From contig NC_069006.1 of the NCBI RefSeq assembly GCF_001194135.2, positions 21,584,511-21,630,268 of the forward strand: a DNA stretch of 45,758 bases, given 5' to 3'. Shown here in pieces: positions 23,042 through 35,932 of this stretch; the stretch's first letter is position 1; each line of letters opens with the position of its first letter. Origin of the DNA: Octopus bimaculoides (Eukaryota). Both the position numbers and the translations under genes were made by a program. A model generated the notes under the pieces. It was given only the letters and a program-made list of their open reading frames with translations. It did not search any database and was not told the origin of the DNA.

Positions 23042-24082
23042 TATGTGTGTGTATCCATAAAGATAACAAACATAACATTTTCACAACAAAACGATGTATG
23101 TTTATGAACGACCAAAACTAACAATTAACAGAATTTTAATTACCAGTTAATATACGGCCAGACAAAGATGAATTTAAAAAAAAAACACCAACATGGTTAA
23201 AGCAATGAACATGCATTAACCAAAAGAATACTGAAAACATGTGTGGGAGTGTGTGTGGGTGTGGGTGTGCATGTGCGTGCATATTTACGCAGTCAGTGAA
23301 CTTGTGTACTAAAACAATTTGTTGTATCTTGGAAAGGTCATTATGCCAACAAAACACACACATACATGTGTGTGTGTGTGTGCACACTCACATATATATC
23401 AACAAACACGAACATACATATACNNNNNNNNNNCACATATATATCAACAAACACGAACATACATATACACATACCCATATATACATATATAGACACACAC
23501 ACACACACAAACACATGTACAAACATCTCTACATACATATATACGTCCGTCAATAAGAAAACAGATCAATGCTAAAGATATGCTCTGTAAATGAACTTCA
23601 AACCAGTGGGACCATCACTACCCTGGGAAGACCACCTTAATATTGTCTGACCAACAATTATAGTGGAAACAACTACTGCTCACTCATCATAAGTTTGCTT
23701 CCCTTCTGCATGTCATCATCATGTCAAACGAACACTCAGCTAAAGTTAGCCACAGAGCTATTGCACAGTATATATGCTGATACACAATATGTCACCACTA
23801 GACTGGTCACCTCACCATGTGGAACAGCCTCTTCCTTTCGCTATCGCAGGGTTCCGAAGTTCAACTTGCCACTGTCTAACTGACACCATGAGACTGTCAA
23901 GTTCACCACATGGAAACATATATGAAATTCTAGAGTTGCTATTTTACCAAGCTATTTATGTGACCTGAACTGACCAATGACGCCCCCCACCACAAATAGT
24001 CTTATTTACAAACTGTCTTTAACCCTTTAGCATTTAATCCATCCATATTTGGCCCAAATATTCTACCTATTTTATGTTAAAA

Positions 24083-24459
24083 CTGACCACACCTATCCTG
24101 CAATGTCATCCTAACCATGCCTACCCTACAATGTCATTCTGACCACGTCCACAATGTCATTCTGGCCATACCTACCCTACAATGTCATTTTAACCATGCC
24201 TACCCAACAATGTCATTCTGACCACACCTACCCTACAATGTCATTCTAACCATGCCTACCCTACAATGTCATTCTGACCACACCTATCCTACAATGTCAT
24301 TCTAACAACACCTACCCTACAATGTCATTCTAACCAAGCCTACCCTACAATGTCATTCTGGCCATGCCTACCCTACAATGTCATTCTGGCCATGTCCACA
24401 ATGTCCTTCTAACCATGCCCACAATTTCATTCTGACCACACCTACCCTACAATGTCATT
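24083..24459. repeat. 28-bp minisatellite (14 units: 11 x 28 bp and 3 x 23 bp) inside a piggyBac-type MITE
   Basis: Unit ct(g/a)acca(ca/tg)cctaccctacaatgtcatt. The unit lengths sum exactly to 377 bp. Confidence 0.92.
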
Positions 24460-24718
24460 CTAGAAACATACAAGCACTTATTACTATTGGCATTAAATTT
24501 TAGCACAAGGCCAGCAATTTCAGATCGACTACATCAACCCCAGCAGGATATGAACTCGGAACATAAAGTCAGAAGAGATGCCGCTAAGCATTTTGCCGAG
24601 TGCAAGAATGATTCTGCCAGTTCACCACCTCAATTATTATTATTATTGTTGTTAATTATCATCATCATCATGTATAAACACACATTTCCACACTTATTAC
24701 ATGCCAACACACGCACAC

Positions 24719-24762
<44 letters not shown>

Positions 24763-26074
24763 TATGCATAAAGTATATCTGTGTGTGTGTGTGTGTGTGT
24801 GAGTGCTTGTGTAAGAATGCATATATATATATATATATATATATATACGTGTATGTATGTATGTATATATATATGCACGCATAAATATATGTATGTGTAT
24901 ATGTGTGTGTGTATTGACATGTGATGATCATCAAATGGTTAAGAAGACAAATATTCAATGAAATATTTATTTAATTTTAAACCATTATTTTAAACTGTAG
25001 ACTATATATATCATCATCATCATCATCGTTTAACGTCCGCTTTCCATGCTAGCATGGGTTGGACGATTTGACTGAGGACTGGTGAAACCGGNNNNNNNNN
25101 NNNNNNNNNNNNNNNNNNNNNNNNNNNNNNNNNNNNNNNNNNNNNNNNNNNNNNNNNNNNNNNNNNNNNNNNNNNNNNNNNNNNNNNNNNNNNNNNNNNN
25201 NNNNNNNNNNNNNNNNNNNNNNNNNNNNNNNNNNNNNNNNNNNNNNNNNNNNNNNNNNNNNNNNNNNNNNNNNNNNNNNNNNNNNNNNNNNNNNNNNNNN
25301 NNNNNNNNNNNNNNNNNNNNNNNNNNNNNNNNNNNNNNNNNNNNNNNNNNNNNNNNNNNNNNNNNNNNNNNNNNNNNNNNNNNNNNNNNNNNNNNNNNNN
25401 NNNNNNNNNNNNNNNNNNNNNNNNNNNNNNNNNNNNNNNNNNNNNNNNNNNNNNNNNNNNNNNNNNNNNNNATATATATATATATATATAATACATTTAT
25501 AAATATATAATATGTATATAATATATATAAACATATATATATATTTATAAATAACATACAAATTCACTTTTGCAGATATATTGTGAATATTTATGAATGC
25601 ATATGTGTGTACTCTCACACACACATACACAACATATTTAATACACATATAAATAAATATATATATATGTATATAATACATCTATAAATATATAATATAT
25701 ATAAACATACTTCTATATTTATCTAAACATATATATATATATATATATATGTAATACACACACCACAGACACACACATACACACACATACACACACAATT
25801 ACATATAGAAGTGATATGAAAGAGTGGGGAGGAATGTATAAACAAAAAAATATGCAAAAAAATTATCATGCAAAAAAGAAATGAAGGATAAAAAAAAAAT
25901 AATCTATATGTGTTGGGGGTGGAGGTGTGGAGGTTTCAGCAGCTCCTTCTCTAAGTAGAAACCATTGTTAGCAGTAACAATAGCAAAACCAGAAACAGAA
26001 CCAGAACAACAACAACAACAACAGAAACTAAAACAACAACAGCTAAGAAAACAACCACCACCACATCGACCACC

Positions 26075-26083
26075 TACAACAAA

Positions 26084-26147
<64 letters not shown>

Positions 26148-26160
26148 GTAATAATATTAA
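26075..26160. repeat. (AAT)n microsatellite, representative of dozens of (AT)n, (AC)n, (AG)n, (CAT)n, (TAG)n and (ATGT)n tracts
   Basis: Seen directly in the sequence. Confidence 0.95.
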
Positions 26161-26227
26161 ATTAAGAATAGAAATATCAAGAACGACTAGGAAAGGATAC
26201 AGTGTTGGCATGTAAGAATACATTGGT

Positions 26228-26259
<32 letters not shown>

Positions 26260-26284
26260 TAGAGAGAGAGACAGACAGACAGAC

Positions 26285-26321
<37 letters not shown>

Positions 26322-27429
26322 AATGGTATTATTAATAACCAACGAATCAATTGTTTGCTAAATCATTTATGAATCGGCTTTCTAACAAAAGCTTATAGAA
26401 GCCGACTAGTTGTTTTCCAACACTGGAGATAGAGTAGTGGTTCCTTACTGGCTTGCAACAAGGTGAGGGAAGGTGACACCACTGAAAATACATTATAGGA
26501 ACTTAACAGGGGCTGCATGCATTCTTTAGCATTTCTCTGGGTCGATATATANNNNNNNNNNNNNNNNNNNNNNNNNNNNNNNNNNNNNNNNNNNNNNNNN
26601 NNNNNNNNNNNNNNNNNNNNNNNNNNNNNNNNNNNNNNNNNNNNNNNNNNNNNNNNNNNNNNNNNNNNNNNNNNNNNNNNNNNNNNNNNNNNNNNNNNNN
26701 NNNNNNNNNNNNNNNNNNNNNNNNNNNNNNNNNNNNNNNNNNNNNNNNNNNNNNNNNNNNNNNNNNNNNNNNNNNNNNNNNNNNNNNNNNNNNNNNNNNN
26801 NNNNNNNNNNNNNNNNNNNNNNNNNNNNNNNNNNNNNNNNNNNNNNNNNNNNNNNNNNNNNNNNNNNNNNNNNNNNNNNNNNNNNNNNNNNNNNNNNNNN
26901 NNNNNNNNNNNNNNNNNNNNNNNNNNNNNNNNNNNNNNNNNNNNNNNNNNNNNAGCAAGCAAGCACTATATCAATACAAGGAGTAAGAGGCAATGTGACC
27001 TTGGTGGGATGGATGTGAAGTCAGGAGATATGGAACTATAACTAAATACCACAAGGCACTTTGTCCAATTCTAATACAATTCTGACAAACAGTATCTCAG
27101 CTTCTTTTTTGTTTTTTTGTGTTTTTTTTTTTTGTTTTTTATATGAACAGAGAAACGAGGTGGCAAATTGGCAAGACAATTAGCACACCATGTGATTTGC
27201 TTTGCAGTATTTCATCTGCCTTTATTACATTCTGAATTCAAATTCTGCTGAGGTCAACTTTGCTTTTCCTCCTTCCGGGCTCAATAAAATAAGTACCAGT
27301 TGAGCACTGGGGTTGATGTAATTGACTTGGTACAAGTATAAAAAAAACTGCACCCCTCTCACAAGCTATGTCAAACCAGTGTGACAGAGTAGGCTCGTCA
27401 AACCATCTATCCAATTATACACTAAGAGT

Positions 27430-27712
27430 TTAACCCTTTAGCATTTAAACCAGCCATATCTGGCCCAAATAGTCAACCTGTTTTATGTCCAAACTGGCCA
27501 GATCTGGCCTCTCACACATACCATACAATGTCATTCCAAAAATATATAATCACATCATTGAAATCTTGAAGCTTTGAGATAATGCATGATTAAGTACATG
27601 CCCAAGGTGCCATCAGAATCTCAAAGCTATGAGATAATACATGATTTATTCAAAATAATGTAGAGAAAAAAACATTATATTTGACAGAGTAATCTAAATG
27701 CCATGGGGTTAA
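27430..27712 (+). mobile_element. TTAA-flanked piggyBac-type MITE
   Basis: TTAA-CCCTTTAGCA...atgccatgggg-TTAA. Family copies at about 8075-8289, 24019-24470, 29940-30045 and 34553-34926. Confidence 0.8.
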
Positions 27713-28099
27713 GTAAGGCCAGGGCAACTGGATAGTACACTTGCCCAAGGTACTGTGCACTGAATTAAACTAAAGACCACATAATTGAAAAGCAAACTGC
27801 TTAATCGTTTGGCTATAACTTATAAGGATCCTAAGCAATGACTCAACATGCTAGAAATAGCAGCCACATCTCCCTCCAAATCACCTTCCACTGTATAAAA
27901 ACAAAAAAACAAGTGACATTGATCAATGTAGTCCCTTATATAAAAATTTTAAACATGCAGCAGGGTCGTGGATGGGTCTATCAAACAAGAAAATAATTTA
28001 GAGCTTAAACAAACAACACCAACAGAAAATATCCTTCATTCATAACACAAAATTAAAAAAATTAAAAACAAATAAGCAGAAAAAAACATGCATAAAATA

Positions 28100-28315
28100 T
28101 TGATTTTCAAATTTGGCACAAGGCCAGCAATTTCAGTGGAGAGGCCAAGTCAATTACATCGACCCCCAGCACTCAACTGGTACTTATTTAATCAACCTCA
28201 GAAGGATGAAAGGCAAAGTCGACCTCAGCGGAATTTGAACTCGGAACGGACTGACAAGTGAAATGCCGCTAAGTATTTCACCCAGCGTGCCAACGACTCT
28301 GGCAGCTCACCGCCA
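28100..28315 (-). mobile_element. tRNA-derived SINE family A copy
   Basis: Collinear with the 11795-12030 copy (aagtcgacctcagcggaatttgaactc...). Confidence 0.8.
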
Positions 28316-28657
28316 TAGCAACGACACATACATTAGCAACTGTCACATTTACAATGTCCATCCATCACTCAACATGCAAGCAAATGGAAGCAAACATAAA
28401 TTCCGGTCACTGTATCACAACGAAACCTATCTATGCGCCCCTGGGTAAATAAGATTGTTATGGCTGGGATAGCTTTAGTTACAGGTCAGCTTGATTAGGG
28501 ATGACCTAGTATTAAACAACAACAATACACACACACAAACATATCTACATACATATATATATATATATACATACATATATACATATATTATATATATATC
28601 TATATATACATATATTATATATTATCTATATATACATATATTATATATTATCTATAT

Positions 28658-28692
<35 letters not shown>

Positions 28693-28997
28693 NNNNNNNN
28701 NNNNNNNNNNNNNNNNNNNNNNNNNNNNNNNNNNNNNNNNNNNNNNNNNNNNNNNNNNNNNNNNNNNNNNNNNNNNNNNNNNNNNNNNNNNNATTCAGTA
28801 TTTGAATGTTCGGTCCCACTCAAATCAGTGGCTGGGTTTTGATTTTGGGGGTCAGAATCTCCTTCCTGAAATGAATAATCATCATGCAATGAAGCAACAA
28901 TACATGCAGCGTGCAAATTTGTGATGTATACAAGATGTGCATATATGTGCATGTGTGTGTGTGTGTGTATATATACATATATATATATATATATGTA

Positions 28998-29216
28998 CAA
29001 GTGGGTGCTGAAAAGTTCGTGGCTTTGAGTAAGAGAAAATAAAGGAGGATCAGTTAATTATGATTTTATTCAACATATTCCCCTCTCAGATTCACACACC
29101 TATTGCAGAGGTCCTTCAGTTTTTCTAAGCCCTGTAAAAGAGCTCGGAAGGTTGGGCCTCCAACCAGGCTTTTCCCGATACCCTTAAAGCCAGGAAGTTT
29201 TCAGCACCTTCTCATG
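28998..29216. mobile_element. Mariner-type MITE with TA flanks
   Basis: ta-caagtgggtgctgaaaagttcgtggcttt ... aaagccaggaagttttcagcaccttctcatg-ta. Confidence 0.7.
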
Positions 29217-30331
29217 TATGAGTATGTATGCATGTATATGTGTGCATATATATATAGTGTATGAAGAGAACAAGTAATGGTAGTAGAATAAAAGGAAGCT
29301 GGTAACAAGAACAAAGATGGGATGTAACATGTGTGAAAATTTTAATGAGATGCTTCATGGAAAACAGACCTTAAACAAAGATGATGATGGTCCCAAGAAA
29401 CCATTAAGATTGCTTAGAACTCTGCATTGGGAGTTCCAGGTGCTTTTCAATACCTAAGCAGGAGGGATCATCAGGGAAGACTTTATAGCATTAAATTACA
29501 GAGAACTCGTGTCAAGAGTTGGATAAAGAGATAACAAACGAACAGGAAGAAGGAATTACTTGGTCCTAGGCAGGAGCACTTGAGACACAGGAGCTAAATT
29601 AACTCGTTTTTTTTTATAGTGGAGTACCTTTTTGGAATTCTCCACATCTCATACGATGCACTGTGCATGTTTGTGAAGGTGCATGGCTCGGTGGTTAGAG
29701 CGTCAGGCTCACAATCATAAGGTAGTGAGTTTGATTCCCAGACCGGGCTGTGTTGTGTTCTTGGACATAACATACTGCTCAAAGACACAATGTGCCACTC
29801 AAGGACACAATGTGCCACTCGAGGACACAACATGCCACTCAAGGACACAGAAGTATGGTGTAGGCATCTGCCTGACCAGTTCCCATCAAACCATCCAACC
29901 CATGCCAGCATAGAAGGAGGACGTTAAACGATGATTATGATGATGATTGTAGGGCGGGTTTAAGAGGCATGATCTGGCTAGTGCGAACATAAAACAGGAA
30001 GGATATTTGAACCGCATACGACCGGTTTAAACGCTAAAGGGTTAATACTTTTTACTGTGCAAGGTACAGGGTCCAACAGCCGCAGGAATTTGTAATTGCT
30101 GCTTGTAAATTAGTGCAGATTATAAGAGGTTTTTGACCATCAATGTCCAAGAGGTCGGCATTGAACCAGTACAAAGAAAACGAATGCCAAAGAGGATGAG
30201 GCTCTAAAGAAAAGATGAGGGGAAGAGAGAGAGAGAGAGAGGCAGACAGAGAGGCAAACAGACTGACAGACAGACATACAGGTAGGTGGGTAGGCAGGCA
30301 AAGAAATGCAGAGAGAGAGAGGGGAGGGGGA

Positions 30332-30368
<37 letters not shown>

Positions 30369-30429
30369 TGTGTGGAGTAGGGAAAGAGGTAGGTGGAGTA
30401 TATAACGAGTAATAGTAGACTGAACAAAC

Positions 30430-30607
30430 CATGACTCCGAAAGCAGCTGGTCCAGCATTGGTCTGCGACCTCATGGTCGGAGGTACCATCTCAGGGGTGA
30501 GCTGCTGGGGTAGGGTTGCTCCTTTCTTCTTTTCGCCCATCAGATACATCGCTAATGCAAACTGCTCTGCATTCAGCTTACCAGTACTTTTTATATCACA
30601 TAATGAC
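30430..30607 (-). CDS. Eps15: Eps15 exon, EH3 C-half ([W]SLCDIKSTGKLNAEQFALAMYLMGEKKKGATLPQQLTPEMVPPTMRSQTNAGPAAFGVM), 178 nt, phase 2/0
   Basis: Acceptor ttattgcag, donor gtttgt. SLCD...GKL..EQFALAMYL and LTPEMVPP are EH3 hallmarks. Confidence 0.94.
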
Positions 30608-30812
30608 CTGCAATAAGAAGGTGAAGTAAAAAGGGGATCATATAATTCATTGAGGTGAGGGAACAAACCACAAGCAGGTGTATTAGTTTGGTTAGTCTGA
30701 TGCCCAGAAAAATTAGAAAAAGACCTTGATGTTTCGAGTCTATGCTCTCCGACAGAAAGGGATGAGAGAAAATAAAACGGAGCGAGAAAAAAATGTGTTG
30801 GGATTAATGGAT

Positions 30813-30855
<43 letters not shown>

Positions 30856-31492
30856 CGTAACATATGGTATAATTATAAACAGGGCAAATCTTAGCTAGAA
30901 GCAGCAGCCAAATCTCTCAATAACCACAACCCCTTGTCATCAAATGTCCAATGCTAGCCAGGATTACATTAAACCTAAAATCTGCTCAAACCAGGTTGCC
31001 CTGGGCTAAACAACAATAAACGAAATTTATGCATTGAGAAGAATTCTTGCTTTAGATAATAGATGTTAACAATCACCAAGTCATTTCCTGTTGTATGGGG
31101 ACCAGCATGTCAAAGAGTAGACCCAAAATTTCCTCTCTCTGTAGAACTTGTGATAGAACTTCCATCATCCCACTACCACTTTGCCATCACCCCTTCCTTC
31201 CTTATTCATCTATCACACCTTCGTCCCTCATTCATATGTTGTGACGGAGAAAAACACAAGAGTATTATTATAGTAGACTAGCTGGCTCTGTACCATCGAA
31301 AATGACAGCTAATTATAGTACTTTATATATAAATACGATATAAAATAAGGTACATAATAATCTCAGGTACAAATGTTCACATACCTCCCTTGCACATGCA
31401 CACACACACACACACACAGATACATACATAGAGTTGAAACACTGTTTGATTTTTCTTTTCAGTGTTAAATATTCACCATCCCACTTCCAATG

Positions 31493-31530
<38 letters not shown>

Positions 31531-31904
31531 TTCACATACCTCCCTTTTACATACACACACATATACTCACACGCTGTTTGGTTATTTTGCTGTCACCCCT
31601 TCTTTTCTCATTCATATGTTGTGACGGAGGAAAACACAAGAGTATTATTATAGTAGATAATAATGATAAAGAATGATGATGTGATGGGCCCACATTAAGA
31701 AGAAACTGAGGCTAGATATGTGTCATATGCTTTGAATACACACAAATACACACACAGAGGCATGTGTGTGTGTGTGGATATACAAGTCCTGACGTGTACT
31801 ATACTGAATAGATAAGAACTATAGAGACTAGTATGATATATCAAAACATAATACATATAGTGATAGAAGGTCAGACATCGAATCGATGTGTAGTGTTTGG
31901 AGTT

Positions 31905-32060
31905 ATATAGATGAAGAGGTAGACATCAACAGCGAATGGAAGAATGTAAAGGAAGTATAGCAGAATGTAGCCAAAGGCATTCTAGGTAAAGAAATATAAA
32001 AAGGAAATGGGATTTCAGATGAAACATAGAATGTAATTGAAGCATGAAAGGAATAGAAAT
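31905..32060 (+). mobile_element. Very decayed LINE ORF2 fragment (endonuclease-RT linker)
   Basis: DEEVDINSEWKNVKEV*QNVAKGILGKEI*KGNGISDET*NVIEA resembles the RTE 'W..IK...A..VLG....WISDETW..I' segment. Confidence 0.45.
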
Positions 32061-33828
32061 GAATTGTTTAAAGTTGGAGTGAGAGAATAAGGTNNNNNNN
32101 NNNNNNNNNNNNNNNNNNNNNNNNNNNNNNNNNNNNNNNNNNNNNNNNNNNNNNNNNNNNNNNNNNNNNNNNNNNNNNNNNNNNNNNNNNNNNNNNNNNN
32201 NNNNNNNNNNNNNNNNNNNNNNNNNNNNNNNNNNNNNNNNNNNNNNNNNNNNNNNNNNNNNNNNNNNNNNNNNNNNNNNNNNNNNNNNNNNNNNNNNNNN
32301 NNNNNNNNNNNNNNNNNNNNNNNNNNNNNNNNNNNNNNNNNNNNNNNNNNNNNNNNNNNNNNNNNNNNNNNNNNNNNNNNNNNNNNNNNNNNNNNNNNNN
32401 NNNNNNNNNNNNNNNNNNNNNNNNNNNNNNNNNNNNNNNNNNNNNNNNNNNNNNNNNNNNNNNNNNNNNNNNNNNNNNNNNNNNNNNNNNNNNNNNNNNN
32501 NNNNNNNNNNNNNNNNNNNNNNNNNNNNNNNNNNNNNNNNNNNNNNNNNNNNNNNNNNNNNNNNNNNNNNNNNNNNNNNNNNNNNNNNNNNNNNNNNNNN
32601 NNNNNNNNNNNNNNNNNNNNNNNNNNNNNNNNNNNNNNNNNNNNNNNNNNNNNNNNNNNNNNNNNNNNNNNNNNNNNNNNNNNNNNNNNNNNNNNNNNNN
32701 NNNNNNNNNNNNNNNNNNNNNNNNNNNNNNNNNNNNNNNNNNNNNNNNNNNNNNNNNNNNNNNNNNNNNNNNNNNNNNNNNNNNNNNNNNNNNNNNNNNN
32801 NNNNNNNNNNNNNNNNNNNNNNNNNNNNNNNNNNNNNNNNNNNNNNNNNNNNNNNNNNNNNNNNNNNNNNNNNNNNNNNNNNNNNNNNNNNNNNNNNNNN
32901 NNNNNNNNNNNNNNNNNNNNNNNNNNNNNNNNNNNNNNNNNNNNNNNNNNNNNNNNNNNNNNNNNNNNNNNNNNNNNNNNNNNNNAAAGGCTACAACAGC
33001 AAAAAAAAAAAAAGAGAAAGGAAATATAGTAAGAAAAACAAACAAATGTTAATATCAATTTTAATCCTTTGCCTGACCTCTGTATCATGTAATGATACAC
33101 AGAACAGTTTCCCACGATGTCCAAACATCATTTATAATAATAAGTGCGAAAATGAATTTGTGTGTGTCAGTGTGTCACACTTTGACTCCCGCCTCTCTCA
33201 CTATTCAATGACACTTCCACTATTCATGCTGGAGTGAGAGTAATAGTAGGCAAAGAGATGGTGAGGGCGGTAGTGGATTAACGGTTGTGGTGGTAATGGG
33301 GTGATAGTAATAGTATGAAGTGTAGTTGTGATAGAGGCAGAGGCGACTTTAGATGTATGTATTGGTGTGAATTGCAAGAAAGAGCTAGGTTTCTTTCTCT
33401 AATATTTTACATAACTCAACCTGTAGAAGTTAAGGGGTAAAAAACAAAATAGGAAATTTGAAAGAAGTCTGTATAAAAAAACAGTTTTTAAACATAGGAT
33501 GGCTATTGGGGTCCACCAGAATAAAATAGGGTCCATAAGTGAAAAAAAATGTAAAAAAGGGCTAAAAGGGGTCCGTGGGTAAAAAATAGTTGAGAACCCT
33601 TGGGTTAGAGTATAAGAGAATGAGGAGAATGGAGTAAGTTCTTGTACAAAGGTTGTATGGTTACTCATCCCACTCAGTAGGGGGTGGTGGAAATGATTGG
33701 CAGGGGCTGAGTCATTTTACCCAGTATTGCAGGGAGAGAAGGTTAGGGACAGTGAAAGGAGCCCTAACTGATAATTTAAACAAGCAACTAAGTAAATCAC
33801 TGAATGAATAAATGAAGAATATACGCAC

Positions 33829-33978
33829 AGCAGGAGAATCAGTTCTTGGTTGTAATGAATCTGTGATGGTTCCACCTGGTAACGAGACGCGCTTACGCTT
33901 CGAAGGGGGGATTAATTTTGGTGGCAATGTCGTAGGAACCGGGTTATTTTCCAATGCACTATATACCAAATGCATTGC
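33829..33978 (-). CDS. Eps15: Eps15 exon, EH2 end and linker ([50 protein letters not shown]), 150 nt, phase 0/0
   Basis: Acceptor ttttcag, donor read as gtgcgt (non-optimal, so the 3' end is slightly less certain). [21 protein letters not shown] is the EH2 C-terminus. Confidence 0.92.
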
Positions 33979-34287
33979 CTGAAAAACAAAATGACAAAAA
34001 AAAAGGCGTCAGAAGGGCGATACATACCCTGTGCGCAGATGAATTTTTTTCCCAAACCATAGTGTGGCTTACCCATGCCTTTTTAATTGAACTGAATTAA
34101 GCTTTGTAAGTGTTTGACTAAACTTGTTTATCGGGAAATTTGTAGGTTCGATTTTTTTAAATACTTTTTTTTGAAGTATCACCATTCTAGGTATTTACAC
34201 TCCGGTGAAATTAGGAAATCAACTCGTAAATAAACGAAACCCTCAAATCTATTACTGTACAGGTAAGGAGGGGAGATGAATACTTAC

Positions 34288-34389
34288 CACTGCAAATTCA
34301 TCTTTATCAAGGAAGCCATCCTTATCAACATCACTGAGGTCCCAAATGTGTCCTAATATATCTACAGGAAGTTTTGAATTAAGTAACAC
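34288..34389 (-). CDS. Eps15: Eps15 exon, EH2 core ([34 protein letters not shown]), 102 nt, phase 0/0
   Basis: Acceptor ttgaacag, donor gtaagt. Contains the EF-hand loop [12 protein letters not shown]. Confidence 0.97.
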
Positions 34390-34552
34390 CTGTTCAAAGG
34401 ACAAAAACACATGAAATTAATAAAAGGAATTAAGCCAATTCCATTTCTTTTTAAATTCTGGCTGGGTTCCAACCCAGGCCACAGCAACAAAGTCTACCCA
34501 CCAATCTTCTCAGTAAGACGAAAGGTTTTTGAAATAAATCAAGAAATAAATT

Positions 34553-34926
34553 TTAACCCTTTAGCATTCAAATTGTTCTGCCAAATGTAAAGTTTATTTA
34601 TTCACATTTGTTTTGAATTAATCATGTATTGTTGGTGTTAGGAAGGGCATCTAGCCAAAAAAACCTTGCCAAAACAGACACAGTAGCCTGGGGTGGTCTT
34701 CTACTTGGCCAGCTCCTGTCAGCTGTCCTACCCATACATGCATAGAAGATGGACTTTAAATGATGATGATGATGAGTGTCCAAAAGCTCTGAGATTTTGA
34801 TGTTATTGTCTATTTTTAGAATGGCATTGTAGAGTAAGTGTGAGAGGTTAGATCAGGCCAATGTGAACATAAAAACAGGAGGCTTGTTTTGGCCAGATAT
34901 AACTGGTTCAGATGCTAAAGGGTTAA
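34553..34926 (-). mobile_element. piggyBac-type MITE with nested family-B retroposon tail (about 34631-34776)
   Basis: Both ends are intact (TTAACCCTTTAGCA...TGCTAAAGGGTTAA). The body is interrupted by gttggtgttaggaagggcatc...(gat)n. Confidence 0.8.
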
Positions 34927-35427
34927 GGAACCAGCTTGGAAATAGGTTTTTATAACTGTTAACCCTTTGATACAAACCCACTTGGTACAAAGCCTGGTCC
35001 AGTGCTTCTCAACTAGGGTCCATATAACTTTTGGGATTCAATATGATCCTTGTATGTCCTTATGACCCTTGGGGGCAGGGCTGTGGAGTCGAAACAGAAA
35101 ACTTCAATTCCAACTCCAACTCCTCTACTATTGGCACCTCTGACTCCGACTCCTCTTTATGTAATAAAGTGATTGTGGTCTACCTATGTCATAAAGCATA
35201 TGCATAGGCTTGTACTTTGAGTAGGCCAAAAAAGATTGCCAGAGAGCTACATGAACAAGAGAAGCTACATGAACAAACAGTTCCATTATACTTTCATTTT
35301 GTCTATTGAAGGATTGCATAGTAATGAAAGTACAGATATATAACACGAAAATTGCATTTTTATTGGCAGCATCCATCTATTGAATAATGAATGCATCCGT
35401 ATTAAAGCATGTAACTTACAATGATCC

Positions 35428-35458
<31 letters not shown>

Positions 35459-35848
35459 TTATTTGTCACACACAATTGGATGCGAAAAAATGAAAAGATG
35501 CAGTAATTAAATTATTCGACATGTTATTAATCTTATCTATAGAAGAAGCAGCATAAATGCAAGACAGTTTAAACTATTTTTAGATAAACTAATTGAAAGA
35601 GCTTCCATGTAGCTCACTGGACCTGCTGGAAATAACAGCCAAATCTCTCTGAAATCACAACATGCCTGCTTTACTGGCTAGTACATCCTTCTTCATTTAT
35701 TACAAGAGTTTATTTCGGAAAAAAAAAAAAAAAAAGCACCCTATAATGGAGCGAGCAATGACAAAGCTATATACACTACTCCAATGTTCCCCCTAGACTT
35801 TGGCAACTGAAGAAAAGAATAGAAAAAAAAGGGAACTTGGCAACTCAC

Positions 35849-35932
35849 AGGTTTTACTTTGTCTCCTGATGCCAACCCATTGACAGGTTGTAACGAGTCG
35901 AATAATTTGTCATATTTTGCCTTTTCAGGGGG
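35849..35932 (-). CDS. Eps15: Eps15 exon, EH2 N-part ([28 protein letters not shown]), 84 nt, phase 0/0
   Basis: Acceptor cattgcag, donor gtgagt. Close match to human [28 protein letters not shown]. Confidence 0.96.

Noticed and set aside
24083-24459. Regular 28-bp array resembling a CRISPR
   Set aside because: The units are head-to-tail with no unique spacers, there are no cas genes, the context is eukaryotic, and the unit derives from a MITE.
4401-30616. Plus-strand ORFs 4401-4700, 8458-8760 and 30431-30616
   Set aside because: They are antisense shadows of real Eps15 exons.
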